Assembly: GCA_947494155.1 (NCBI GenBank)
Contig: CANLTW010000001.1
Span: 128,001-192,000, forward strand
Reading direction: 5' to 3'
Length of the DNA: 64,000 bases
Origin: Chlamydiota bacterium
GTDB lineage: Bacteria > Chlamydiota > Chlamydiia > Chlamydiales > RGXB01
The notes under the pieces are model-generated. The model did no database searches and was not told the origin of the DNA. It saw only the letters and a list, made by a program, of their open reading frames with translations. The translations under genes and the position numbers were made by a program. This document shows positions 1-9,868 of the stretch, in pieces (the first letter of the stretch is position 1; every line of letters starts with the position of its first letter).

Positions 1-1313
1 CCCTCAATATAGGTGATGTCCTGTTTTAGCTTTCCCCCCTCAAACCAACAGAGCCAGCGCCCGTGCGGCACGTCAGCTTTAAATTCGATATCGGCAATCT
101 TATCCCCTTTCTCATTGAATTCGACATGACGCCCCTCTTTTTTCCCCTCATGGAAAAATCCTTGCGTATGGAGCTTCCCATTTTCAAAAAAGGTCTTAAG
201 CTCAGCATCGGGTTTTCCGTATTTGTAGGATCCAACGATGCGCAAATTCCCGTTAGGGTACCAGGACTCGTACGGGCCATCGAACATATTTTGTGAGCGG
301 CGAAATTTCCCAATGAGCTGCCCCTTGTCGGTATATTCATGGATAAAGCCCACAATAACTCCGTTATCATCGTAATCGGCAACAAAAGCTATTTGCCCAT
401 TTTCATGTTTGAGATAGTGGTGACCATAGGGTACCCCCTCTCTAAACTGCGCCTCTCCAATCACCTTCCCATCAGAAGAGCGGGTCGTAATTTGCCCATC
501 GATTTTCCCCTCTTTGAAGAAAATCCTTTGTCGCTCTTTCCCATTAGTATGGTATTGAATATGAAAATTGGTTGGGACCCCCTTTTGGAACTCCTGTATC
601 TCCTTGATCCCTTTTTGCTCATGATAGATCACAACCGCCGGATTAGAGGCATCATTTTCTAAAAGATCCTCTGCATAGTGCAAAACGGCAGCCATCACCC
701 CATTTTCGTACCACGAGGTCTCTTTCCCCTCTTTTTTTCCACTCTTCCATTGAATTGTTTTTGCTTTTCGTCCAGAAGGGTAGTACTGGATTGTCTCCCC
801 CTCCTTTTTTCCTAAGACGAAATTGGATTCATCCAGCTTCGAACCATCTTCGAAGTATTGGGTAAAAGGCCCCTCTTCAAAACCATTTTTATACTCCCCC
901 TCGAGTCTCACAGATCCGTTTGGAAATAGAACGCGCATTTTCCCATGTGCTTTTCCAAGTTCGTAGTGCATTATTGAATGAAGGTGCCCCTCTCTATCGA
1001 CTTGGACTTTGACTCCATGATAAACCGGTTTATGGTCAATCTCGGTTAAATCGGCCTCTTCACAGATTTGCCCATTTTCGAAGTAACTAATCTCTTTAAC
1101 GGCGATATCATCCTCAAAAAAACGGATTTTTGCGATCTGACCGCTAGGATGAGTAGCAAGAATAGTGTTCGTCCATTCAGGGTGTCGAGGTTTAAGAAGT
1201 ATCTGCTCTTGACGCGGCTTTTGGGACTGACCCAAAGTTTTGGGGGGCAAAGCGTGCATAACACCTGTGGTAAATGCTAAGTGCAAAATGAAAGCCCAAG
1301 AAAATCTGTCCAT
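1..1313 (-). CDS. MORN-variant repeat (YwqK-like) protein with N-terminal signal-like segment, truncated by the window edge
   Basis: Manual translation from ATG at 1313 (MDRFSWAFILHLAFTTGVMHALPPK...) stays open to base 1, with repeats such as YFENGQI, FPNGSVRLEGEYKNGFEEG, WYENGVMA, WYPNGNL and FFENGKL. It is missing from the ORF track because there is no stop codon in the window. Confidence 0.85.
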   Translation of the reverse strand, partial: MDRFSWAFILHLAFTTGVMHALPPKTLGQSQKPRQEQILLKPRHPEWTNTILATHPSGQIAKIRFFEDDIAVKEISYFENGQICEEADLTEIDHKPVYHGVKVQVDREGHLHSIMHYELGKAHGKMRVLFPNGSVRLEGEYKNGFEEGPFTQYFEDGSKLDESNFVLGKKEGETIQYYPSGRKAKTIQWKSGKKEGKETSWYENGVMAAVLHYAEDLLENDASNPAVVIYHEQKGIKEIQEFQKGVPTNFHIQYHTNGKERQRIFFKEGKIDGQITTRSSDGKVIGEAQFREGVPYGHHYLKHENGQIAFVADYDDNGVIVGFIHEYTDKGQLIGKFRRSQNMFDGPYESWYPNGNLRIVGSYKYGKPDAELKTFFENGKLHTQGFFHEGKKEGRHVEFNEKGDKIADIEFKADVPHGRWLCWFEGGKLKQDITYIE

Positions 1314-1382
1314 GACGCCTCGAATCTTTGGTAAAATTGATCCGTTATTGTAATGAAGTGTCTGTTTTTGGCGCAATAGCTG

Positions 1383-2189
1383 TTACAACCTGTCTGGCTC
1401 TAGTAATCCCTCATAGGTAATTTGAAAAAGCTCTTGATGGATGATTTTTTCTAACCTGTATCGAAATACTGCATCCCCCTCGAGCTTGACCTGGAAAAGG
1501 AAGATCCCCTCATCCATCTGTTTTAGAACTTTCAAAGGGCGATGAAATTTATTTTCAAATCGATGCAAAAGGTGCCTCGTAATAGAGATATTTTGGGCAT
1601 CGAAAAATTGGGCAAGGGTTTGATTTTGCTCAAAGATATTTTTAGAGGCCCCCTCGACCAAGGAACTCTTATTTTTGAGGAGCAATTGCGCAAGATCTTT
1701 CGATAAAATCGTACATGCCCCCTCAAAAAAAAGGGGGGGGTTCTTGTCGAGTGGAGACAATTCTTGGTCTATAGAGGCTGTTTTTTGCAACGGGAGGTAA
1801 CTTAAAAATTTTAAAAGATCGGGAAAGACTAAAAAAGAGGAATGGCTGGGACAAATGATAAAATCATAAAGATCGAGCTGTGGACTAAAAACCTCTACTG
1901 CATCTAGGAGTTTACAGAGGGGTGTTCGGGATGTGGTTTGGGGTTTTTTTAGCCAAAGAACATCTTTTTCAAAAGAATACCATGGTAGATTTGGATGGGA
2001 TTTTACAAACCAGCACGTAAAATTATCGGGATACCTATGCATATAGCGACGCCAGGAGGTGGTATAGGCTTTATCCACGAGATCCTGATCTAAAACATCG
2101 ATAAGGACGAGATTTTTTTTAGTCCGTGCGCACTCATAAGCACACAGGGGCAAAACCAGCAGTAAGAAAATTGATCCAAGGGGTATCAT
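1383..2189 (-). CDS. Hypothetical exported protein, possibly a degenerate GT-A (GT31-like) glycosyltransferase
   Basis: 268-aa ORF with a hydrophobic N-terminus. YDFIICPSHSSFLVF and FFEGACTILSKDLAQLL resemble GT31-like blocks. ATGA overlap with the upstream pseudopilin gene. Confidence 0.5.
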   Translation of the reverse strand: MIPLGSIFLLLVLPLCAYECARTKKNLVLIDVLDQDLVDKAYTTSWRRYMHRYPDNFTCWFVKSHPNLPWYSFEKDVLWLKKPQTTSRTPLCKLLDAVEVFSPQLDLYDFIICPSHSSFLVFPDLLKFLSYLPLQKTASIDQELSPLDKNPPLFFEGACTILSKDLAQLLLKNKSSLVEGASKNIFEQNQTLAQFFDAQNISITRHLLHRFENKFHRPLKVLKQMDEGIFLFQVKLEGDAVFRYRLEKIIHQELFQITYEGLLEPDRL

Positions 2190-2560
2190 GAGGGGTGCTC
2201 TTCTAAAATTTTTGGCTTACCATCTTTTGCAAAAAGGACCTTTTTCTCTTTTATTTTTGCTGCAATCACAAACTTTTTACCACGAAAAAAACCGGGCTTT
2301 AGCCCTTCAATATTTTCCAAATCGACATATGTTTGCCCATTTTTTTGGATAAAATCGACTACAAATGGGGTCGATTCGAGTTTTGCGTACTCTGAGAGCA
2401 AAGAAAAAATTAAACTATGCTCTTCTTTGGCGCAGGCTTCCCGGTAAAGCCTCCAGTAGCTAAAACCTTTCGTGGAAACGACCCCCATCAAGGTACCAAG
2501 CAGAACCATCACAATCAACATCTCAAAAAGAGAAAAAGCTCTCCGTCTTTTAGGATTCAT
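2186..2560 (-). CDS. Type II secretion minor pseudopilin-like protein
   Basis: Prepilin-type N-terminus KRRRA|FSLFEMLIVMVLLG with Glu at +5; located in the gsp cluster. Confidence 0.75.
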   Translation of the reverse strand: MNPKRRRAFSLFEMLIVMVLLGTLMGVVSTKGFSYWRLYREACAKEEHSLIFSLLSEYAKLESTPFVVDFIQKNGQTYVDLENIEGLKPGFFRGKKFVIAAKIKEKKVLFAKDGKPKILEEHPS

Positions 2561-2569
2561 TCCTTAAAG

Positions 2570-3001
2570 TTAGCCTATTTTAGCTGGTGGAAACATCCAG
2601 GAGTATTTTTCTTTCAGGTCTTCATCAGAGATGTTTTTTTGTTTTTGGACGTAGGATAAAAATTTTTCGGAGCGGACAAAAACCTCGTCTTCTTGCGACA
2701 CCTCAATACGGTAAGGCACACCCCAGCCATCTTTGAGCATCGATTTGGGATCTTTGAACATTTTTGCGTTTTTTAGAACAAGCTCAGGCTCCTTTTGAAT
2801 AGATTCTGGATCGACCCCCATAGCAATCTGCATGGAAAAAATCTCCTGAATTTGTTGGGATGCTTGTTCGGTTTTAAAAGCTTTCCCCTCCTCAAGGCTC
2901 CCCTTCATATTGAACATAAACAGACCCGAAATTAGCCCTAAAATCAGCATAACAATCATGATCTCGATCAACGTAAGCGCTTTTTTTCCTTTCTTTTTCA
3001 C
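2570..3001 (-). CDS. gspG: Type II secretion major pseudopilin GspG-like protein
   Basis: KKA|LTLIEIMIVMLILGLI prepilin motif and KDGWGVPY (GspG DPWG-like) motif; immediately downstream of gspF. Confidence 0.8.
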   Translation of the reverse strand: MKKKGKKALTLIEIMIVMLILGLISGLFMFNMKGSLEEGKAFKTEQASQQIQEIFSMQIAMGVDPESIQKEPELVLKNAKMFKDPKSMLKDGWGVPYRIEVSQEDEVFVRSEKFLSYVQKQKNISDEDLKEKYSWMFPPAKIG

Positions 3002-4185
3002 GATGCCTCCATAAAAGATCTGATATCCGTCATTGGTAAAAGGGTACCTATCATAATCAATCCAACAATAAATCCGATAAAAATGATTAAAAAAGGTTGC
3101 AGAACTCCCACCATTTTTTTTAGAGAGGACTCAACATTCTGCTCGTAAAGCTCTCCAGCTTGAAATAAAACAGTTTTTAATTCTCCACTTTTTTCGGCCG
3201 TTTCTAACATGCGACAGAAAAGTGGAGAAATCAAAGGGGACTCCCTGAATGAGACCGAAATTGCATTCCCCTGATGGATAAGGAAAAGGGCTTTATCGAT
3301 TGTTTGAACAAAAAAACGGTTTTCCATGACCCCTTTGCAGAGCTCTAGAGCCTCTACTAAGGGTACATTAGCTGCTATAAGGGCATAAAGGGCGCGACAA
3401 AAACGGGCCATGAGGAGCTCTTTAAGAAAAGTCGATAACACAGGGATTTTTAGCACCGTTTCCCCTAAAAAAATGGAGACTCTCTCCATTTTTAAAAAAA
3501 AGCGCACTAAAAAAGGGGTCACTAAAAAAAAGGCCCCAAACAACAACCCATTTTCGGTGAAAATTTCTGAAGATTTCAATATCGCTCGCGTAAGAAGAGG
3601 GAGATTTTTTTCAGAAAAGAGCTCTTTGAGGGAGGGGACAAGAAAAGTCAGTAGGACAACTAAAATTAGTAATGCCAAAGAGAGCAAAAAAGCGGGATAG
3701 CTTACTGCAGAGAGGACTTGCTTTTTAAGGGCCTCTTTTTTTTTCAGCATCTCGGTAATTTCTTTTACCGTAACAGCTATTTGGCCGGAGGTCTCTGCCA
3801 TGCGGATCATCCCCACGATCACCGGATCGAACGCCTGGTTGGCTTCTTCCATCGACGAGGAGAAGCTTTTACCCCTTTTAAGGGATTCTTTTAGCCCTAA
3901 AAAAAGGGGGTACTGTTTCGTCCCCTCAAATTTTTGCTGTATAAGATCCAAAGCATCAAAAAGGACGATCCCTGCTTGCAAAAGCTGATACAAATCCTGA
4001 AAAAAAAGGATTGTTTCATGAAGACTCAGAAGCTCTTTTTTTGCACCCTTTTGGGGCAGAATTTCTGTAAACCAGATCTCCTCTTTGATCAAAAGCTCTT
4101 TTGCCCCCTCAAGCGAGTCTGCCCAAATCTCTTTTTTTAGTAGAGCACCGGAGGCATCCATCCCTTTATAGATAAAGATAGGCAT
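2998..4185 (-). CDS. gspF: Type II secretion inner-membrane platform protein GspF/PilC
   Basis: MPIFIYKGMD start, two AExSG repeats, SYPAFLL and QPFLII...LLPM segments typical of GspF. Confidence 0.93.
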   Translation of the reverse strand: MPIFIYKGMDASGALLKKEIWADSLEGAKELLIKEEIWFTEILPQKGAKKELLSLHETILFFQDLYQLLQAGIVLFDALDLIQQKFEGTKQYPLFLGLKESLKRGKSFSSSMEEANQAFDPVIVGMIRMAETSGQIAVTVKEITEMLKKKEALKKQVLSAVSYPAFLLSLALLILVVLLTFLVPSLKELFSEKNLPLLTRAILKSSEIFTENGLLFGAFFLVTPFLVRFFLKMERVSIFLGETVLKIPVLSTFLKELLMARFCRALYALIAANVPLVEALELCKGVMENRFFVQTIDKALFLIHQGNAISVSFRESPLISPLFCRMLETAEKSGELKTVLFQAGELYEQNVESSLKKMVGVLQPFLIIFIGFIVGLIMIGTLLPMTDIRSFMEAS

Positions 4186-4186
4186 A

Positions 4187-5719
4187 CTACACTGCCCCTT
4201 TACCTGTTACCCGCACAATCTCTTCGACTGTAGTGATCCCATTTAAAACTAGTCTAATCCCCTGTTCGCGCAAAGAGATGAATCCCTGATTTTTTGCAAA
4301 CGCCGCCCTTTTCACAGGATCCTGCTCTTCATGGTACACTGAGCGCATCGAGGGTGTCATTACAAGTAGCTCATAAATTCCCATCCGCCCTTTATATCCG
4401 AGCTCAAAGCATTGGGGGCATCCACGGGCACGATAGAGAGACGGCCTATCCCCCTCAAGACCAAGATCTTTACACTCCTCATCACTGGGAGAGTAGCGCT
4501 CTTTGCAGGAATGGCAAATCACACGCACCAGGCGTTGGGCTAGCACCCCGATAAGAGAGGATGAGATCAAAAAAGGTTCTATACCCATATCAATGAGTCG
4601 GGTTGGGGCGCTCAATGCATCGTTTGTGTGTAATGTGGACAATACCAGATGCCCAGTTAAAGAGGCCTGAATCGCAATCTCTGCTGTCTCTTTATCCCGA
4701 ATCTCTCCCACCATGATCACATCTGGATCCTGTCTTAAAATGTGTCTTAAGCCTGTGCTAAAGGTGAGATGTATCTTGGAGTTGACCCCGATCTGCGCCA
4801 TATGGGGCAACTTGTATTCCACCGGATCTTCAATCGTCATGATGTTGATTTGAGAGGAGTCCAATTCTTTCAAAGCGCTATATAAAGTTGTTGTTTTCCC
4901 ACTTCCCGTTGGACCGGTAACAAGAAGAATCCCCTGCGTTTTGGTTAAAAGGGTTTTTAGCTTTTCTAACAGCCCCTTTTCTAATCCAATCGCATCCAAC
5001 CCCAAATGGATATTTTTTTTATCCAATATCCTTAAAACAACCCTCTCCCCAAAAACGACCGGAACAGTCGACACGCGGAAATCGATCTGCCGCTCCCCTA
5101 GAGCGAGCTTCATCCTTCCGTCTTGGGGTAACCTGGACTCTGCAATGTCCAGCTTAGCCAAAACTTTCAAGCGTGTGATCAGCTCATTTTGCTGGGAACG
5201 CACCACGGTTTTTTTTTCGTGCAAAACACCATCAATTCGATAGCGCACAAGAAGAAAATTTTCCTGCGGCTCAAAATGGATATCGGACGCTTTTTGGCTA
5301 ATGGCCTCTAGAAGGATACGATCACATAAGTGGATCACCCCATTTTCTAAGCGCTCTTCCAAAAGATCATAATGCTCGACCGAGATCTCCTGCTGCGCTT
5401 GGGGGCTGTCCAACATCCTTGGACTATTTTTATGATAGCATAGCTCAATCGCCTGCTCGATCTCCTCCAGAGATTTTTGAACGGGGACAATCCGTTTTTT
5501 TGTCTTGAATCTAAGATCTTCAAGCGCTTCAAAGCAGAAAGGATCGTGAACCGCTACCTCGATTTTTTCCCCATTTTCAAAAAAGGGGATACACCGGTGT
5601 TTTTTTGCAAAAGCATAGGGAACTATCTGCGTCCCCTCGATCAAAAATCTGGATTGCAACCAATGGGTATTTTTTTCTAGCTCAAGCTCAGTAGCGGCAA
5701 GAGGGGTCTTTGTAGTCAT
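4187..5719 (-). CDS. gspE: Type II secretion ATPase GspE/PilB
   Basis: ASDIHFEP, RLPQDGR, Walker A GPTGSGKTT, TIEDPVEY, LRQDPDVIMVGEIRD and a CxxC...CxxC zinc motif. Confidence 0.96.
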   Translation of the reverse strand: MTTKTPLAATELELEKNTHWLQSRFLIEGTQIVPYAFAKKHRCIPFFENGEKIEVAVHDPFCFEALEDLRFKTKKRIVPVQKSLEEIEQAIELCYHKNSPRMLDSPQAQQEISVEHYDLLEERLENGVIHLCDRILLEAISQKASDIHFEPQENFLLVRYRIDGVLHEKKTVVRSQQNELITRLKVLAKLDIAESRLPQDGRMKLALGERQIDFRVSTVPVVFGERVVLRILDKKNIHLGLDAIGLEKGLLEKLKTLLTKTQGILLVTGPTGSGKTTTLYSALKELDSSQINIMTIEDPVEYKLPHMAQIGVNSKIHLTFSTGLRHILRQDPDVIMVGEIRDKETAEIAIQASLTGHLVLSTLHTNDALSAPTRLIDMGIEPFLISSSLIGVLAQRLVRVICHSCKERYSPSDEECKDLGLEGDRPSLYRARGCPQCFELGYKGRMGIYELLVMTPSMRSVYHEEQDPVKRAAFAKNQGFISLREQGIRLVLNGITTVEEIVRVTGKGAV

Positions 5720-8024
5720 GGGTATTACCGGTCAAAAGCTTCATGCTTTGCTCGAAAAGCTTCCTTTTTTGTTTCATTTTTGCCTCTTTGCGACACTCAA
5801 GAAACGGAGGCAAATCTCCAGGTCTGCGGCAAAGCTCCTCTTGTCTGATCGCCTCTAAATCCGCATGGGTACTTTTTATTACTCTAGGGGTAATGAATAT
5901 GTACATATCGGTTAGTTGATCGGTCATTTGGGAGGCACCAAAAACTTTTGCTAAACCGGGGATCTCCCCCAAAAAAGGAAGCTTTTCTGTTTTATCAAGG
6001 GAATCTTTCCGTTTTAGCCCTCCCATGATGATCGTCTCCCCATCCAAAACCCGCACCTGGTTGATCACATGACGGCGATTGACATCGGGTTTGAAGGCTA
6101 TGTCATTTTTAATCGTATCAAACGTTACATCGGCATCAATAGTGATGTAGTTTCGTCGTTGGTCATCATCAGGCTCTGGTTCATGAACGGTAGGGGTCAT
6201 GACAAGAGTCACACCATACTGTGCCCGGGAGTAGGAGTCCTGGTATGAGATAGATCCGCCTGTGTTGTTTACTGCGGCGGCTCCATTGTTGATCGAAATC
6301 TCCTCAACGATAGCAATTGTTGCCGGCGTTTGGTTTATAGTGGTTACCGTAGGAGAGGAGTGGATCCGAATGTCCTCTTGATTCATCAAAAAATTATACG
6401 TTAGATCAAATGCGGGAAAGGCTTTGGATCTTGGGCGACTAAAGAAAAATTCGAGAATTCCCCTGTTGGGTTGTGCAGGCTGGTTCAAGAAATCCAGCCC
6501 ACCTGCAACTTGGCTTAAGGCATTTGTGCCGATCCTTAAGAGGTTGAGCCCCGAATTAGTCTGCATGTTGGTCCGCTTTTCACACAAAATCACCTCAAAA
6601 TGAACCATTTTTTTAGGCACATCGAGCATTTTCAAAAGATCTTTGATCCGATCCAACGTATCTTTGCGTACAACCATCATGATCCCCCCGGCTTTTCCAT
6701 AAGGGATGAAATTTTTCAGTTTTACCGTTTTCACCGGCCCTTGTGGATCGGGGGTTTGGACTTTTGGGGGGTTCACCAGCCCTCTAACTGCAGGATCAAT
6801 CGTATTATAAGCCCCCGGTGTTGGCTCATTGAGGAGAATCTCTTTTGAGGCTTGTTGCTCTTTTGTCTCTTTTTTATCAGCAGACTCCAAACCAAACTTC
6901 ATTAAAGAGGCGTAAACCTGCTCTAAAATCTCAGAGATATCATTCGGATCGCTGTGTCGGCAAACGTACCAGAAAACGGTCATTTCGGAGGGGTCGATTA
7001 ACTGATCCTCGGTTTGTTTCACGATTTCCATCGCCCGTTCGACGAGTTTTTTTGGCCCAACAAGGACAATCCCCGACTCTTGCACAAGCGGCAGAACAGA
7101 TAATTCGGTCGGATTTTTCCCCATCATACTCATATTTTCGGCAAGGCCGCCAAAAAAGGCCTTGAGGATATTCTTCATTTCCTCCGGCGAGAGCTTTTGT
7201 AGCGACATGACTCTCGTGATCCGTTCCGCCTCGTCATCAAAGGCTCCGTCATACATCTCTACAAGGCGCATAACATCCTCTTTTGTCCCCACAAGAGCAA
7301 TTTTAGCCCCAATCTGGTAGACAAATGTCCGTTTTGTATCCCGAAAGCGATCAAAGAAAAAGAAAGTGTTTTTGATATTTTCTACAGGCGCCTCAAAAAG
7401 ATGCATCACCCGGCTGGCGGGGGGAACAACGGCCAGATGCTCTTTTTTATAAGTGATGCGATTGCAGGTGATGAGATCTTGTTTTAAAAGAAAAAGCTGT
7501 CTTGCAAAAGGGTTAATCTCAATTACCCCGACTCCGTTGTATTGCAAAATAAGATCGATCATCTCCTGCCAGGAATCCCTAGGTATCGCAATCGCCGATT
7601 GCATCGAGATTTTTATAGTGGAGACCTCTTGAGGTAGAATATAGAGGAAATCTTTGGAGCCGTACTCGCTTATGAGTTGCCCAATGGTGGTCTCCTCCTG
7701 GTCAAAAAGGGCAAATTCCTCTTTTTTGGGGGCAAAAAGGTAGGAAAATCGACTCTTCCAATCTTTTTGTTTCTCCTCGAGGGCTTGTTTCTTTTCGTTG
7801 ATTCGCCCCAATAAATCTTGATACTCGTCTAACTGGGCATTAGCAGAAACCAAAGAACCGGCTTGTAAATAGAGTTCATCGATCTCTTTTCTCAATAAAG
7901 TGAGATCACTTTGCATTTGGGGAAGAATCTGCTTTTTTTCTTCCGCTAAAACTGGCCTCTCTTTTGCACATAGAGAGCTAAGTGTTAAACACACCCCAAA
8001 AGCTGAGAGGGCAAAAAATCTCAT
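5688..8024 (-). CDS. gspD: Secretin GspD (chlamydial type)
   Basis: Signal peptide; C-terminal secretin motifs VLDGETIIMGGL, KLPFLGEIPGLAKVFG and IFITPRVI; upstream of gspE. Confidence 0.92.
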   Translation of the reverse strand: MRFFALSAFGVCLTLSSLCAKERPVLAEEKKQILPQMQSDLTLLRKEIDELYLQAGSLVSANAQLDEYQDLLGRINEKKQALEEKQKDWKSRFSYLFAPKKEEFALFDQEETTIGQLISEYGSKDFLYILPQEVSTIKISMQSAIAIPRDSWQEMIDLILQYNGVGVIEINPFARQLFLLKQDLITCNRITYKKEHLAVVPPASRVMHLFEAPVENIKNTFFFFDRFRDTKRTFVYQIGAKIALVGTKEDVMRLVEMYDGAFDDEAERITRVMSLQKLSPEEMKNILKAFFGGLAENMSMMGKNPTELSVLPLVQESGIVLVGPKKLVERAMEIVKQTEDQLIDPSEMTVFWYVCRHSDPNDISEILEQVYASLMKFGLESADKKETKEQQASKEILLNEPTPGAYNTIDPAVRGLVNPPKVQTPDPQGPVKTVKLKNFIPYGKAGGIMMVVRKDTLDRIKDLLKMLDVPKKMVHFEVILCEKRTNMQTNSGLNLLRIGTNALSQVAGGLDFLNQPAQPNRGILEFFFSRPRSKAFPAFDLTYNFLMNQEDIRIHSSPTVTTINQTPATIAIVEEISINNGAAAVNNTGGSISYQDSYSRAQYGVTLVMTPTVHEPEPDDDQRRNYITIDADVTFDTIKNDIAFKPDVNRRHVINQVRVLDGETIIMGGLKRKDSLDKTEKLPFLGEIPGLAKVFGASQMTDQLTDMYIFITPRVIKSTHADLEAIRQEELCRRPGDLPPFLECRKEAKMKQKRKLFEQSMKLLTGNTHDYKDPSCRY

Positions 8025-9313
8025 CAGAAATCCTCTAGTTCGTCGTCGAAATCATCCAGCATCGGGTCAACCGCAGGGGGAAAGTGGCGCATACCCTCTT
8101 TAGACTCCCCCTTTTTTTCCGTTTTAGCACCAGCCTTAGGAGGGTTTGGTGCCATTACTGATAATTTGGTATCTAATGTAACTCTTACTGTCTCTTTTTG
8201 TATATGAAGACCATCAAAAACCTCAAATTGGGCGACCCATTTACCCCCCTCTTTTTTCATGGAGGAAAAATGTAAGAGGCCAGCGTTAAACCTACCTTCA
8301 AACGCCTCCTCGAGCCTTGCTTTTTGCGCTCTTGTCCAGTCCCCATTCTCCTCAATCAGCCAGTCCCCCACGTATACCGCCATCCTGCTCCCTTTTTTAA
8401 GCCAAATCGCCTCATAACCAAAAGGCTTCGCCCCTTCTAAAAAAGTCTGCACTTTAGGGGCAAGCCTCTCAGGCTTTTCAAGGGGTATTCTTAGGGGCTC
8501 TTTTTGGAACCCTTTTTGATCCCAAACGACAAGCTCAATAAAGGTATCTTCTACGCTCTGTAATTTTGACAAAAAGCAATCGCCTCTTTGCCCTCTTTCT
8601 GCGGCAAAAAAAAGGCGCCCCTCTTTAAAATACAAAAGATCATTTTCTACGAGAACATATAGCCTTTGTTGGATAGGATCAAAAAGGCGTAACGTCTCTT
8701 TTCTCTCCCTTTTTAGGTATTCAGCCAAGGCGTCTTTCCCCAAAAATTTCAAGCGTCTGAGATGCTCTTTGAAAATACGTAGTTTTCCCGTCTCAGCTCC
8801 CCCCTTTTTTTCCTCCAAAGAGTGGGCAAAAAGCCGGTTTTTTTGTCCGTTCCAAGCAACGTATAGCTCCAGCCCATCATACTGGGCTTGGTATACCCCT
8901 GTGTTTTCGTCGGCAAAACAGAGCTGCCCCTCATTGTCGTATCCAAGGTAAAAGGGGGTTTTTAAAAACACCGTCTTTTCCTCATTTTTCCCCTTAATTC
9001 TTAAAAGGGCCTCGTCTGCTTCCCTATCGGGACGTGTATTGACCCCTAAAAGTTCCAGTTTTTCAAAAAAAAGGGGGCAAAGCTCATCGAGCTCTGTATA
9101 GGAGGTTTTGCACCAGTTAGGACTCCAATCGGGAAAAACAAACTGCTGAATTGATTTGCCCCCCTCTTGAGGATCAGCTAGAGGGGATTCAGGGAGTTTT
9201 TTAAGATAAAGCCCGTAAGTAAAGGGGATTATGGGTACCAAAACGGCCGCTGTGGTGATTGTGCTCACCCATCTTTGATAAAAGGGAATCCATCGGGAGA
9301 AATAGGACCACAT
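8024..9313 (-). CDS. Hypothetical protein with N-terminal membrane anchor, first gene of the T2SS cluster
   Basis: 429-aa ORF with one hydrophobic segment near the N-terminus; its stop overlaps the gspD start (TGATG). Confidence 0.75.
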   Translation of the reverse strand: MWSYFSRWIPFYQRWVSTITTAAVLVPIIPFTYGLYLKKLPESPLADPQEGGKSIQQFVFPDWSPNWCKTSYTELDELCPLFFEKLELLGVNTRPDREADEALLRIKGKNEEKTVFLKTPFYLGYDNEGQLCFADENTGVYQAQYDGLELYVAWNGQKNRLFAHSLEEKKGGAETGKLRIFKEHLRRLKFLGKDALAEYLKRERKETLRLFDPIQQRLYVLVENDLLYFKEGRLFFAAERGQRGDCFLSKLQSVEDTFIELVVWDQKGFQKEPLRIPLEKPERLAPKVQTFLEGAKPFGYEAIWLKKGSRMAVYVGDWLIEENGDWTRAQKARLEEAFEGRFNAGLLHFSSMKKEGGKWVAQFEVFDGLHIQKETVRVTLDTKLSVMAPNPPKAGAKTEKKGESKEGMRHFPPAVDPMLDDFDDELEDF

Positions 9314-9407
9314 GTGATAAGTATATAGAAACTAGGGTTTAACATCCATTTATTGAAAAATATTCATAAATGTTTATTGTGAAGAAATAAACAAGGAAAT
9401 CCATTTC

Positions 9408-9794
9408 ATGGCAAATAATGACCAAAATAGATCAAAGAAAGAGGGTGTTTCAGTAGAGGAAATGCAATCCTTTTTCAAAAATTACGGAGCTGAAATCAGT
9501 CTCTGTCTTATTTTTATTCTCTCAGCTATAAGTGCCCGTTACCTTTTTGGTATGGAAACGTGGTGCATCATCCTCTTAGGTATTGGCGGTGTTCTAGGCT
9601 GTTTATTACCTAGACCAATTAGACAAGGGGTGGAATCCGTAATGAGATTCAGTGTCGGATCCGGAAACAAATACAGTCAGCTCATCATAGCGATTGTAGC
9701 AATAGTGGTTTCGCTCGTTGCATCGCCTCTAACTTTCTTGATCTTTGGTCTAGTTGCAGGTGAAACACTTATCATGGCCAGAAAGGGGCATTAA
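9408..9794 (+). CDS. Small multi-pass membrane protein, unknown function
   Basis: 128 aa with about four hydrophobic segments; AAGGA upstream of the ATG. Confidence 0.75.
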   Translation: MANNDQNRSKKEGVSVEEMQSFFKNYGAEISLCLIFILSAISARYLFGMETWCIILLGIGGVLGCLLPRPIRQGVESVMRFSVGSGNKYSQLIIAIVAIVVSLVASPLTFLIFGLVAGETLIMARKGH

Positions 9795-9813
9795 CCTTTC
9801 GACATCCACCCTG

Positions 9814-9860
9814 TTCAGCCCCCGATTTATGGGTTTTTTCGACCGATAATGGGGGTTGAA
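9814..9860. terminator. Possible bidirectional terminator hairpin between convergent genes
   Basis: TTCAGCCCCC (9814-9823) pairs with GGGGGTTGAA (9851-9860), with an imperfect inner stem; lies between two convergent stop codons. Confidence 0.45.
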
Positions 9861-9868
9861 TGATCTTT

